DNA of 64,000 bases from Octopus vulgaris (lineage: Eukaryota), in contig OX597843.1 in the NCBI GenBank assembly GCA_951406725.2, positions 20,026,001 to 20,090,000 on the forward strand. Reading direction: 5' to 3'. Position numbers and translations under genes: made by a program. Below are positions 1-12,100 of this stretch, piece after piece (within the stretch, counting starts at the first letter, position 1; each line of letters begins with the position of its first letter). A model generated the notes under the pieces. The model saw only the letters and a program-made list of their open reading frames with translations, did not search any database and was not told the origin of the DNA.

Positions 1-994
1 CGGGCTAAAACTTAACGTCTTCACTAGTCAGTTAAGGTGAGACAGTGCCACGTGACAACCTCTTGGAGCCTATACTGCAGGTATTTAAAGGGAAAATTTT
101 GACAAGACAGTCAGTCACCGACTGACACTCACTGACGATACATCGAAGAGGCCAGGGATTAGAAGAAAGAAGAAGAACGAAGACATGCACCCAACACCAG
201 AGCTAAAGACACCTCCCAAAGGGGGGGGGGGGCGCCACGTCAAAACGGTAGAGGGGTAGGGGCCGAAACCTGACGTGGTTCTTCCTGATGAGGTCTTCAG
301 CTACCTGGATCCTATACAGGAGCTGTTGGGGTAGCAGACCACAAAACACGGTTGTAATTCCTCTGGGTGTGGGGATTTTTCCAAACATTCCTTAACCTTT
401 TTGGAGTACTTACTCGCGTTCCTAGTAATCAGTGTAATTTTATATTTTTGATGTTTTAATAATATATACTTTAGTTCATAGGTCTAAAACGTTCTTTGTT
501 AACTTGGGTGTGGAGATTTTTCAAGAAATTCCTTAACTTTTTTGGAGTAATTTCTCGCATTCCTTGAGGAAGAGATCCGAGGTTTTGGTGCTTTGTGACT
601 CCATATTTGAGGTTTGGGTGTGTTGGGGGTATGGTGGGGTTTGTTAATCAGTATAGAAGTGATAGGAGTGAATGGTCAACAAAATATACTTGATTGGGGT
701 GGCGTTGGGAGGTGGCAGGGTGTTAAAGGAGTGTTTTCTGAAGCATTTGAATAGTTGAACTTTGGTCACAAATCTAATGACCATGGTTTTCCAAGATCTT
801 TCTGTTAGTGATTTTCTATGATTTAGGTGTGTGTCTGGGGGCTGTTAATGATGCGTAAGACACATGACTTTGGATGAAAATGTTTGTTGATAGAAGTATT
901 TTATATATATACATACATACAAATATATATATATATATTAGCATTAAAGACCCGTCGTTACTGGTTCATAGTGCTAGTGCATGTATATATGTTT

Positions 995-1323
995 AAAGAC
1001 TCCCTTCGGTCATGAATGACCATGGGACTGCACCTAGAAAGTTACCCTCCTAGACACAAGTCCGGGCAAGGTTGTTTATGGAAGACCAGCAGTCGCCCAT
1101 GCATACCAGCCTCCCCTCTCCACGCCACCAGTGTTATCCAAGGGAAAGACAAAGGTCGATACAGCTTGGCACCAGTGACGTCGCAACTCATTTCTACAGC
1201 TGAGTGAACTGGAGCAACGTGAAATAAAGTGCTTTGCTCAAGAACACAACACGCAGCCCGGTCCGGGATTCGAGCTCACAACCTCACGATCGTAAGCTCG
1301 ACGCTCTAACCACTGAGCCATGC
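995..1323 (-). mobile_element. tRNA-derived SINE
   Basis: Minus strand begins GCATGGCTCAGTGGTTAGAGCG (A box) ... GAGCTCGAATCCCGG (B-box-like), followed by about 250 bp of body; flanked by TA-rich tracts. Confidence 0.8.
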
Positions 1324-1449
1324 GTATATATATATATATGTGTGTACATATTACATGTACATCTATATATATACATCTACACATAAAATACAAAATACAA
1401 AGTTATATCTTGATATCGCTAGTGATAACAATACTCAAAATATATAACA

Positions 1450-2320
1450 GACTGGAATTGTTAGCCCGTCTCTTGTAATTTCGATCAGTTGTATCTTGTC
1501 CTCCCGCTTGTATAGAAGTGTGGCTTCAATCAAGCCTACCCCTACTTCGGTTGGGCGGGGGCATGCATTTAAATTTTTTTCCGGGAAGCCCTACGTCCCA
1601 GATATAAAGGTAAAAATTAAATATTTCCACTTTGCAAGTTCGAGTCGAGTACTCCCTTGCACGCTCCGTTGACTCGAACCTTGCTTCTATTGTGGCGAAT
1701 TTACCGCCTCTGATTAGAAACCTTTCATAGTCGCACCAAGACACTTTTCGATGGTGCTTTCCTCCATGTGTTCAAATCTTTTTTCTCTACATTGTATACT
1801 TTATAGACAATAGTCTTTTATTTAATTTAATTTTTTATTATCCATCTGGACTATTCCATTTCTGCACGCTAATTTTATTTTTAATTTATTCCCATTCATG
1901 TGAAACCACTTATTCAAGTTCAAATCATTGATGCAATTTTATATCACTTGCTATTTTTAATTTTGTTATGTTACGATTATATTATACTTTGGTTTGATTT
2001 TAATTATTACTTACTAGATATAATTCAATTGTTATTATTATTTTTATTATTAAAGTGAAAGTATCTGACATAAAATAGAGAAATGTTTTTGTTTCACTTT
2101 TAACACGTAAAACTGAAATAGTGGAGAAGATATGATATTGATATGGGCTCGCTCTAGACAAGAAGTTGAACTTTTTTGTCCATGAAGCTACATGGATCCT
2201 AAGTAAGGCATGTGTAAACTTTGAATGAAATTGGTTGCGTAGTTCTCAAGTTTTACGGAAACACACAGACATACAGACAGACAGACAGACTCATACTCTC
2301 AGTTTTATATATATACAGAT
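1450..2320 (-). mobile_element. Possible non-autonomous Helitron-like element
   Basis: Minus strand starts ATCTGTATATATATAAAACTGAG followed by (GTCT)n, resembling Lep1-type Helitron 5' ends. The 3' CTAG/hairpin end was not clearly identified, so the left boundary is a guess. Confidence 0.35.
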
Positions 2321-2324
2321 ATAT

Positions 2325-2384
<60 letters not shown>

Positions 2385-2820
2385 GTTTACATTTATAATT
2401 ATATACATATGTATTCAGACATGCACGAGTATACTCATACACACACATGTATAAAAATAGTATCTATACACATGCATATATATACACATAGATACATACA
2501 TACACATATAGATATATACATATACATGCATGCGTATATATATATATATATATATATATAAACCTATATGTAGACACATACACATGTTTGCACACATACT
2601 ATTTACATACGCATGTACATGTGCATACATGCATACATATATATACACACACGTATACTCATACGCATTAATATCCTCCTACAGATCATATGCCCCCACA
2701 CACATGTATACGCACATGTATGCACCCATATATATGCGCATGTATCGCATCTGTATATTTACATATAATGTACCAATGATCTCACACATATACAAATATA
2801 TATATATATATACACGTTAG

Positions 2821-2852
<32 letters not shown>

Positions 2853-3366
2853 GCCTGTGTCTGTCTATATTTAAATGTATCAGCTAGCAAAATCTTTAGC
2901 GCTTCAAGTAAATTGATTAGCAAAATTTCGTCCGTATTTAATTTCTGCGTTCAAATTCCGCCGAAAATGTGTAGAAAATAATGGAGGAATAACAAAAATC
3001 AACAAAGACGAAAAAGTCTCAGCAAAAAATTAATTAAAGGGTTATATAATGAGACAGAATGTGTGTATGTATGTATGTATGTATGTATGTATGTATGTAT
3101 GTATGTATGTATGTATGTATGTATGTAGGTATGTATGTATGTATTATGTATGTATGCATGCATATACGTGTATAGATGCACACATACAAACAGACAAACA
3201 GATTGCTGAAATCTACGAGTTCTCTCTCTCTCTCTCTCTCTCTCTGTATATTTTCTCTTATTCCTTTCAGTTGTAGAGCGTAGGCTCGAAACGTAAAAGA
3301 CATTTCCAATTCAGTTGCTCGTTGTTCGTACACCTGTTTTTGTCTTGACCTTTCTAAGAACGACAG

Positions 3367-3439
<73 letters not shown>

Positions 3440-3482
3440 CATTGTTAGATAGAAAGATAGATAGATAGGTAGATAGATATAC

Positions 3483-3530
<48 letters not shown>
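2320..3530. repeat. Mixed (TA)n/(CA)n/(TATG)n microsatellite-rich region
   Basis: Directly visible simple repeats; source of the YIYI/HTYI ORFs. Confidence 0.9.
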
Positions 3531-3535
<5 letters not shown>

Positions 3536-4786
3536 AGATAGAGAGGGATAGAGAGAAAGAAAGAAAAATCATATATACGTGTGTGTATAAATATAAATAT
3601 TAAATCTTCAAAGAAAAGTAACAAAAATTGTTTTACCTCTATAACACCGGATCCAGATATGTCTTCAGTTTTTTTTTTACAGAAGTTAAATAAGTTTTCA
3701 TCCACTTATCTGAATATTCTATTGCCTCATATAAGTTATTGTCACACAGTGAAGCTGGTATCCAAATATGTCTTCAGTTTTTAATTTTTTACAGTTAAAT
3801 AAGTTTTATCCACTTATCTGTATATTCTATTGCCTCATGTAAATTTTTGTCTAACAGTGCAGCTGGTATCCTATAAGCTTACTGAATTTTAATAACACAT
3901 CAAGTGCTTTAATAATGCTCCAAGTATTTTTTTAATGTGAGTGGTAGTACTTTCTGTTGATGTATATTATTGGTTGTAAGTCTTTAATGTCCGGGAAATA
4001 TATCCGCTTCCCAGATCTTCACCATTCTTACACGTCAGGTGTCGGTCGCAGGGCAACATGAGATGAAACATTTTACTAAAGGACATAATACACCTCCTCC
4101 CGTTCCAGAACTGAAACCACGACCTCATTATCGTGAGTACAGCACATTTAACCATGAGATCAAGTCCCCTCGACGCTATTTATATTACCAAAATGATATT
4201 TGTAATATAAAGGCCGGTTAACATTTCAGAAACCATTTACTGAAAAAAAGTGTTAGTGTTTTATCGATTATTGGGATGGCTATATCTGCTCAAAGACATG
4301 GCCTCATCTCTCAAGTTACTAAAATGCAAACTCAACGAATTTTCCTCGTTTCCCAGAAAAGATTTAAAAGTTGGTTATAAGTGATGTTTGTTGTTTACTG
4401 ATGGCGCTTCCGTCGTAATCATCTTGTTGATTTACTTATATATTCCGTTGTGTGTTGTGTAATTTTCTGACTTAAGACGATAGAGTGTGAGACAATGGAA
4501 GTTGGCTATTATTACTTAACATTTCGAGCGGCAACGTATATCATTGTCACAAATACTCACCGTTGCGCAAATGCTAAAGTGATGAACATTCATTAGTCTT
4601 GAAACCCATATCTACAATAATTATTGTAATACACCACATGATGTAGATGCTAATTTTCACCAGATTTTTGCAATGTTTTAAATTTTTGTAACAATTTTTT
4701 ACAACTGTCTGATAATAATGACACATACTTGCCCAACTGCATCAATAAATTAACATTGATTTTTTTCTCACCGTTGTTAGAATTAT

Positions 4787-5857
4787 ATGAACTGGAACTG
4801 TCAAAGAACGATATTCGAGTAATTTTGCTATTCATCTTCAAAAAAAGGATGTAAATTTGCTGAAACTGTTCGAGATATCAACGAAACTTTGTGTGAGGAA
4901 ATGACCAGTGAATGGTCAGCTCGAAAATGGTTTAAACGATTTTCCAGTTGAGGCTTTGGAAATCATGAGCATAGTGGACACCCATCTGTCATTGATGACA
5001 GTTCAGTCAATTAAAGACCATCATTAAGAAAGATCCACGTAAAAGCAGACGAGAATTCTCAAAAGATCTTCAAGTTAGCCAGAAAATGGCATGCAACCGT
5101 TTTCATGCGAACGGAAAATCAAAAGAGTTCCGCAATTGAGTACTACATGATTTGAATGAAAATTAGAAAATGCGCAGATATGAAATATGCTTGTCGCTTC
5201 TTCTCCGTAACTTGCGATGAAAAGTGGATTCTGTACAATAATAAAAATCATATTTCGCAGTGTTTGGATCAAAATGAAGAACCTAAAATCTTCCCTCACC
5301 CCAAGGTCTTTAAAAAGAATGTTATGGTGACCGTCTGGTGGTGTACTGCTGGACTTATTCCCTATAACTTCTTAAAACCCGGAAAACCTATTACTGCAGA
5401 AATATAGCGTCATGAAATTGCCAAAATGAACGAAAGATTGCTATTCTTCCGTCCCAGACAGGTCAACAGATGAGAGCCAATCGTTCTTCATGACAATGCT
5501 CGACTACACGTTTTACTAATGACGCTCCAGAAGTTGAGGAAACTTGGCTACGAAGTTCTTCCCCACCCACATTATTCCTCTGACCTTTCTCCAACCGTTT
5601 CCCAATGTTTCAAGCACCTTGATGATTTCCTGCGAGAGAAGAATTTCAAAAATCAAACCGATACTCAAAGTGCGTTCAAAGAGTTCATCAACTCCAGAAC
5701 TCCAGACTTTTATTTGACGGGAATAAACAAACAACTTGTAACTCGTTGGCAGAAATGTGCTGACTGTGATGATACTAACTGTTATAAATAAAATTTTCGC
5801 ATTGTTGAAATATATTGTGACGAATTTCGTGTTTCAAAAGGTTGCTAACTTCTTACT
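4787..5857 (+). pseudogene. Degenerate mariner (Tc1/mariner) transposase with right TIR
   Basis: Frame-broken motifs: N-terminal DIRVILLF..AETVRDINE..ARKWFKRF, VTCDEKWILYNN, VMVTVWW, IVLHDNAR, HPHYSSDLSP, FKHLDDFL. Right end ...GTTGCTAACTTCTTACTCAGCCTGATA followed by (TA)n. Confidence 0.9.
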
Positions 5858-5864
5858 CAGCCTG

Positions 5865-5929
<65 letters not shown>

Positions 5930-5979
5930 GATATATAGAGAGAGAGAGAGAGATGTGTGTGTGTGTGTGTATATGTATG

Positions 5980-6055
<76 letters not shown>

Positions 6056-6057
<2 letters not shown>

Positions 6058-6559
6058 TTTTGGGGGTAGGCATAGCGCAAAATATCATACTTGGGGGAGT
6101 GGTCAAGGAGTCAGTGGTAAATTAGATAAAAGAATAAATAAAAAAATAATAAAAAAATATATATATAAAAAAGAATAGAGTTTTAGGTAAATAAGGAGAT
6201 TCTCACTTATACCTATACACATATGTATACATATATACACACACATACATACATATATACATACACACATACATACACACACACACATATACATATATAT
6301 ACACATACACATACATATACATATCTACACATACACATATATATATACATACACTCACTCACATGCATACACGTATACACACATGTATATATACACACAC
6401 GACCACACATACATATACACACAGAAAAATATATATACATACACACACATACACATACACGCATACACACACATCCACATACACACATGCACACACAGCA
6501 CACTAGTCCCTATATACACATATATACACATACACACATATATATACATACACATACAT

Positions 6560-6625
<66 letters not shown>

Positions 6626-7027
6626 GTGTACCTATACATACCTACACATACACACATATATATACATACAAATACAGACCCATTCCCTAATTTTAATTTT
6701 ATTATCTTCATTTATTACTTTTGTTATCTTTGACCGCTGGTCCCAAGCATCTTGGCTATGACAGCAAGTCCATTTATCTGTCTACTTGAAAACCAGCACT
6801 CATTCACGCACGCACACTCATTAGCACGTACACTCACTCATTCGTACACTCATACACATACACGCACGCACGCGTTATATTCATACATTCATACATCTAC
6901 ATACATTCACGTATATACACATACGTACGCGTACCTACAGATTCATGTCTACACTCTTAGAAGGCTAGTCTATACATATACACCAATAAATATATATACA
7001 CACACATACATATACACCTACATACAA

Positions 7028-7074
<47 letters not shown>

Positions 7075-7964
7075 TATACACATATATATACATATATATA
7101 TACACACACATATATATATACACATATATATATACACACATACACATACATACATATACACACATACATATACATACGTATACATACATATATACATCCA
7201 TACATCCATACATACATACATTTATACACATACACACACCCATATATATATATATATACATACATATACATACATATACATACATACATATACAAATATA
7301 CGCACACACATACATACATACACATATGCACATACACGCACATACACATGTACATGCGTACCCATACACACACACACAATACACGCGCATCCATATATAC
7401 ACATAAGTACACACATGCGTAAAAGTATACATATATCTATGCTTACATATACACACACACACACGCGCCTCCTTATATTCATACTTACATGCATACTCAA
7501 AAAATAAGTAAATAATAAGATATATATACGCGCAGTTATTCATACATGCATACTCGAAAAATAAATAATAAATATGTGCAGTTACCCATTATATAGACGG
7601 ATACATACATATAAACTTACACACACATATATATATATATATATACATATATACATATATATATACATATACATATATATATATATATATATATACAAAC
7701 ATACACATACACATACATATATATATATACATACTTACACATATGTACATATACATACACACATAGATAACTCTACGTACCTACATATACATAAACACAC
7801 GAGCGTACACGTATATGTACATATACACATACACATACACACACACACATATACACACACACACATACATACACACATATATACACACACACACATACAT
7901 ACACACATATATACACACACACACATACATACACACATATATACACACACACACACATACACAC

Positions 7965-8001
<37 letters not shown>

Positions 8002-8006
8002 CACAC

Positions 8007-8045
<39 letters not shown>

Positions 8046-9112
8046 TATACATGTGTGCAAACATACATACATACTCATACACGCACACACACTTACATAT
8101 ACATATATACACACACTTACACACATATATACATACATATATACATACATACATACATATATGCATACATACACATATTCACACATACACATATATACAT
8201 ATATACACATACATATACATTTACACATACATACATATATATACATACATATACCCCCAATTACCTTTTCTCCTAAGACCTTTCACATATTGTATGTGCA
8301 CGTTTGTATATGTAAATTACTTAGCCACATACTGAACTTTCTAGAAATAGCAGCCAAAAAAGTTTTTTAGCCTCTTCCACTTCTTAGAAAATATTTTCTC
8401 TCAGACATTGTTTACTCAAAAAAATAATGGTCCTTTTACATACTGAATACTTGGTGAGATTGATTAATAACTAATTAACTTTACCCTCAATTGTTGATAT
8501 ATGTATGTGTGTATATATATGTATGTGTGTGTGTATATATATATATGTACATGTATGTATGTGTGTGTATATATATGTATATATATGTGTATGTGTATGT
8601 GTGTGCGTGTGTATATATATGTGTGTATATATATGTGTATGTGTATATGTGTATATATGTATATATATATATATTTATATATGTATATATATATATATAT
8701 GTATATGTATATGTATGTGTGTGTGTATATGTATATATGTATATATATGAGTGTACGCGAGTATGTCGATGTATATGCAGGTATGTAGAGTTATGTGTAT
8801 GTGCATGTATGTGAGTGTAGATACAAATTGTAGATGTCTGTATATATATGTGTATGTATGTATACATGTATGTGGGTATATGTATGTGTGTGTGTGTATA
8901 TATATATATATATGTATATGCTGGTATGTAGAGATATAAGTATGTGCATGTGTATATGTGTGTATATATATGTATATGTATGTGTATGTGTATGTATGTA
9001 TATATATATGTGTGTGTGTGTATGTGTGTATATGTATGTATATATGTATATATGTGTATATGTGTACGTGTGGGTATATATGTGTTTGTATATGTATATA
9101 TGTGTGTGTATA

Positions 9113-9164
<52 letters not shown>

Positions 9165-9366
9165 TATATATATGTATGTATGTGTAAATGTATATGTATG
9201 TGTATATATGTATATATGTGTATTCGTGAATATGTGTATGTATGCATATATGTATGTATGTATGTATGTATATATGTATGTATATATGTGTGTAAGTGTG
9301 TGTATATATGTATATGTAAGTGTGTGTGCGTGTATGAGTATGTATGTATGTTTGCACACATGTATA

Positions 9367-9403
<37 letters not shown>

Positions 9404-9406
9404 GTG

Positions 9407-9445
<39 letters not shown>

Positions 9446-10132
9446 GTGTGTATGTATGTGTGTGTGTATATATGTGTGTATGTATGTGTGTGTGTGTATA
9501 TATGTGTGTATGTATGTGTGTGTGTGTATATATGTGTGTATGTATATGTACATATGTGTAAGTATGTATATATATATATGTATGTGTATGTGTATGTGTG
9601 TGTAAGTTTATATGTATGTATCCGTCTATATAATGGGTAACTGCACATATTTATTATTTATTTTTCGAGTATGCATGTATGAATAACTGCGCGTATATAT
9701 ATCTTATTATTTACTTATTTTTGAGTATGCATGTAAGTATGAATATAAGGAGGCGCGTGTGTGTGTGTGTATATGTAAGCATAGATATATGTATACTTTT
9801 ACGCATGTGTGTACTTATGTGTATATATGGATGCGCGTGTATTGTGTGTGGGTGTATGGGTACGCATGTACATGTGTATGTGCGTGTATGTGTATATGTG
9901 TATGTATGTATGTGTGTGCGTATATTTGTATATGTATGTATGTATATGTATGTATGTGTATGTATATATATATATATATGGGTGTGTGTATGTGTATAAA
10001 TGTATGTATGGATGTATGGATGTATGTATGTATGTATACGTATGTATGTGTATGTGTGTATATGTATGTATGTGTATGTGTGTATATATATATATGTGTA
10101 TATATATATGTGTGTATATATATATGTGTATA

Positions 10133-10175
<43 letters not shown>

Positions 10176-10582
10176 TTGTATGTAGGTGTATATGTATGTG
10201 TGTGTATATATATTAATTGGTGTATATGCATAGACTAGCCTTCTAAGAGTGTAGACATGAATCTGTAGGTACGCGTACGTATGTGTATATACGTGAATGT
10301 ATGTAGATGTATGAATGTATGAATATAACGCGTGCGTGCGTGTATGTGTATGAGTGTACGAATGAGTGAGTGTACGTGCTAATGAGTGTGCGTGCGTGAA
10401 TGAGTGCTGGTTTTCAAGTAGACAGATAAATGGACTTGCTGTCATAGCCAAGATGCTTGGGACCAGCGGTCAAAGATAACAAAAGTAATAAATGAAGATA
10501 ATAAAATTAAAATTAGGGAATGGGTCTGTATTTGTATGTATATATATGTGTGTATGTGTAGGTATGTATAGGTACACATATG

Positions 10583-10631
<49 letters not shown>

Positions 10632-11047
10632 ATGTATGTGTATGTATATATATGTGTGTATCTGTATATATGTGTATATAGGGACTAGTGTGCTGTGTGT
10701 GCATGTGTGTATGTGGATATGTGTGTGTATGCGTGTATGTGTATGTGTGTGTATGTATATATATATGTGTATGTGTAGATATGTATATGTATGTGTATGT
10801 GTATATATATGTATATGTGTGTGTGTGTATGTATGTGTGTATGTATATATGTATGTATGTGTGTGTATATATGTATACATATGTGTATAGGTATAAGTGA
10901 GAATCTCCTTATTTACCTAAAACTCTATTCTTTTTTATATATATATTTTTTTATTATTTTTTTATTTATTCTTTTATCTAATTTACCACTGACTCCTTGA
11001 CCACTCCCCCAAGTATGATATTTTGCGCTATGCCTACCCCCAAAAAG
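6056..11047. repeat. Long inverted repeat (arms about 6056-8245 and 9160-11047) of scrambled CA/TA microsatellite with unique islands
   Basis: Unique islands mirror each other: 6058-6215 vs 10895-11047, 6670-6830 vs 10375-10530, 7460-7610 vs 9610-9760. The ORF track gives the same peptides ([37 protein letters not shown]) on opposite strands. Confidence 0.95.
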
Positions 11048-11111
11048 TCCCCCACCACCACCCCTTTAAACCTGCCTAAATGTATAAATGCCAATACAAT
11101 TCTTGTTAACT

Positions 11112-11162
11112 AGCTTCCTGAAGATTTCTCTTGAATGAAACAGTTCTAGTCCTGTAGAAGCT
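11112..11162 (+). ncRNA. Type I hammerhead ribozyme motif
   Basis: AGCTTC-CTGAAGA-TTTCtcttGAAT-GAAA-CAGttctagtcCTG-TA-GAAGCT. Stem I 6 bp perfect, core CUGAAGA/GAAA, stem III ACAG/CTGT, GUA cleavage triplet. The first stem II pair is a T-T mismatch. Confidence 0.75.
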
Positions 11163-11176
11163 CCTTCTATATAATG

Positions 11177-11232
<56 letters not shown>

Positions 11233-11237
<5 letters not shown>

Positions 11238-11760
11238 ATGGCTCCAAAAAACAGAACCCGTAAAAAAATTTATTATATACTGCAAAGAGCCAGCAAATTT
11301 TTTGAAATTTACTGGACTTTAACTTCGGTCTGTGTTCGATTCTTCCCTTTGCATAAAAGTCATGTTCTTTTCAAAATATGCTCCAAATGACACACTGCAT
11401 ACATCGTGCAAAATTTCTTAAATACTCGGACACATTCCTCTTTGGGGATTTCCCTGATTTCTGCTGTGATTGCTGCCTTCAGTTCCCCAATCGTTTGAAG
11501 TTTGTTCTGATAAACATCATCCTTGAGATAGGCCCACAAATAAAAGTTCTGAGGGATTCAAGTCCGCTGAATGCGGTGCCCACTCAACGTCACACTTCCT
11601 GCTGATCAGTCTCCCCTGAAATCGCTCACTCATCCAGGCTTGGGAGCCATTTGAAGCGTGAGGAGGTGGGTGGCCCCGTGTTGCTTGAACTACTGTTCAT
11701 CTCGATCTATCGCGAAATTTTCTGGACCTTTGTATGGTTTAATACAATTTTTATGGGTTC
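11233..11760 (-). pseudogene. IS630/Tc1/mariner superfamily transposase C-terminal remnant with TIR
   Basis: Minus-strand pieces FKQHGATH (cf. FQQDGATPH), RLISRKCDVEWAPHS.DLNP, FYLWAYLK. TIR-like TATAGGATGGCTCCAAAAAACAGAACCC next to (TA)n. Confidence 0.7.
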
Positions 11761-11862
11761 CGTTTTGGCGGGTCGGGTCACCGTTTGTATTCTGTATATG
11801 TGAAGAGAAATCTTTCGGTTTCCTGTACTTTACTTTCATTTTTGGGCCGATTTTTAACTCCA

Positions 11863-11926
11863 GATGATGATGATGATGATGATGATGATGGACGTGTAAC
11901 AGCCTATGAAAATCATCATCATCATT

Positions 11927-12009
<83 letters not shown>

Positions 12010-12014
12010 TATAA

Positions 12015-12100
<86 letters not shown>
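11863..12100. repeat. (GAT)n/(CAT)n/(ATT)n microsatellite
   Basis: Directly visible. Confidence 0.95.

Noticed and set aside
937-979. Imperfect palindrome TAGCATTAAAGACC..GGTTCATAGTGCTA
   Set aside because: Could be a Helitron-end remnant but is isolated and short.
995-1323. tRNA gene (also at 19942 and 42640-42710)
   Set aside because: A/B boxes are present, but I could not form a complete cloverleaf and each continues into a SINE body.
2235-11000. Dozens of long ORFs rich in YI/HT/CV dipeptides
   Set aside because: Translations of stop-poor (TA)/(CA)/(TATG) repeats, open in several frames on both strands; no domain.
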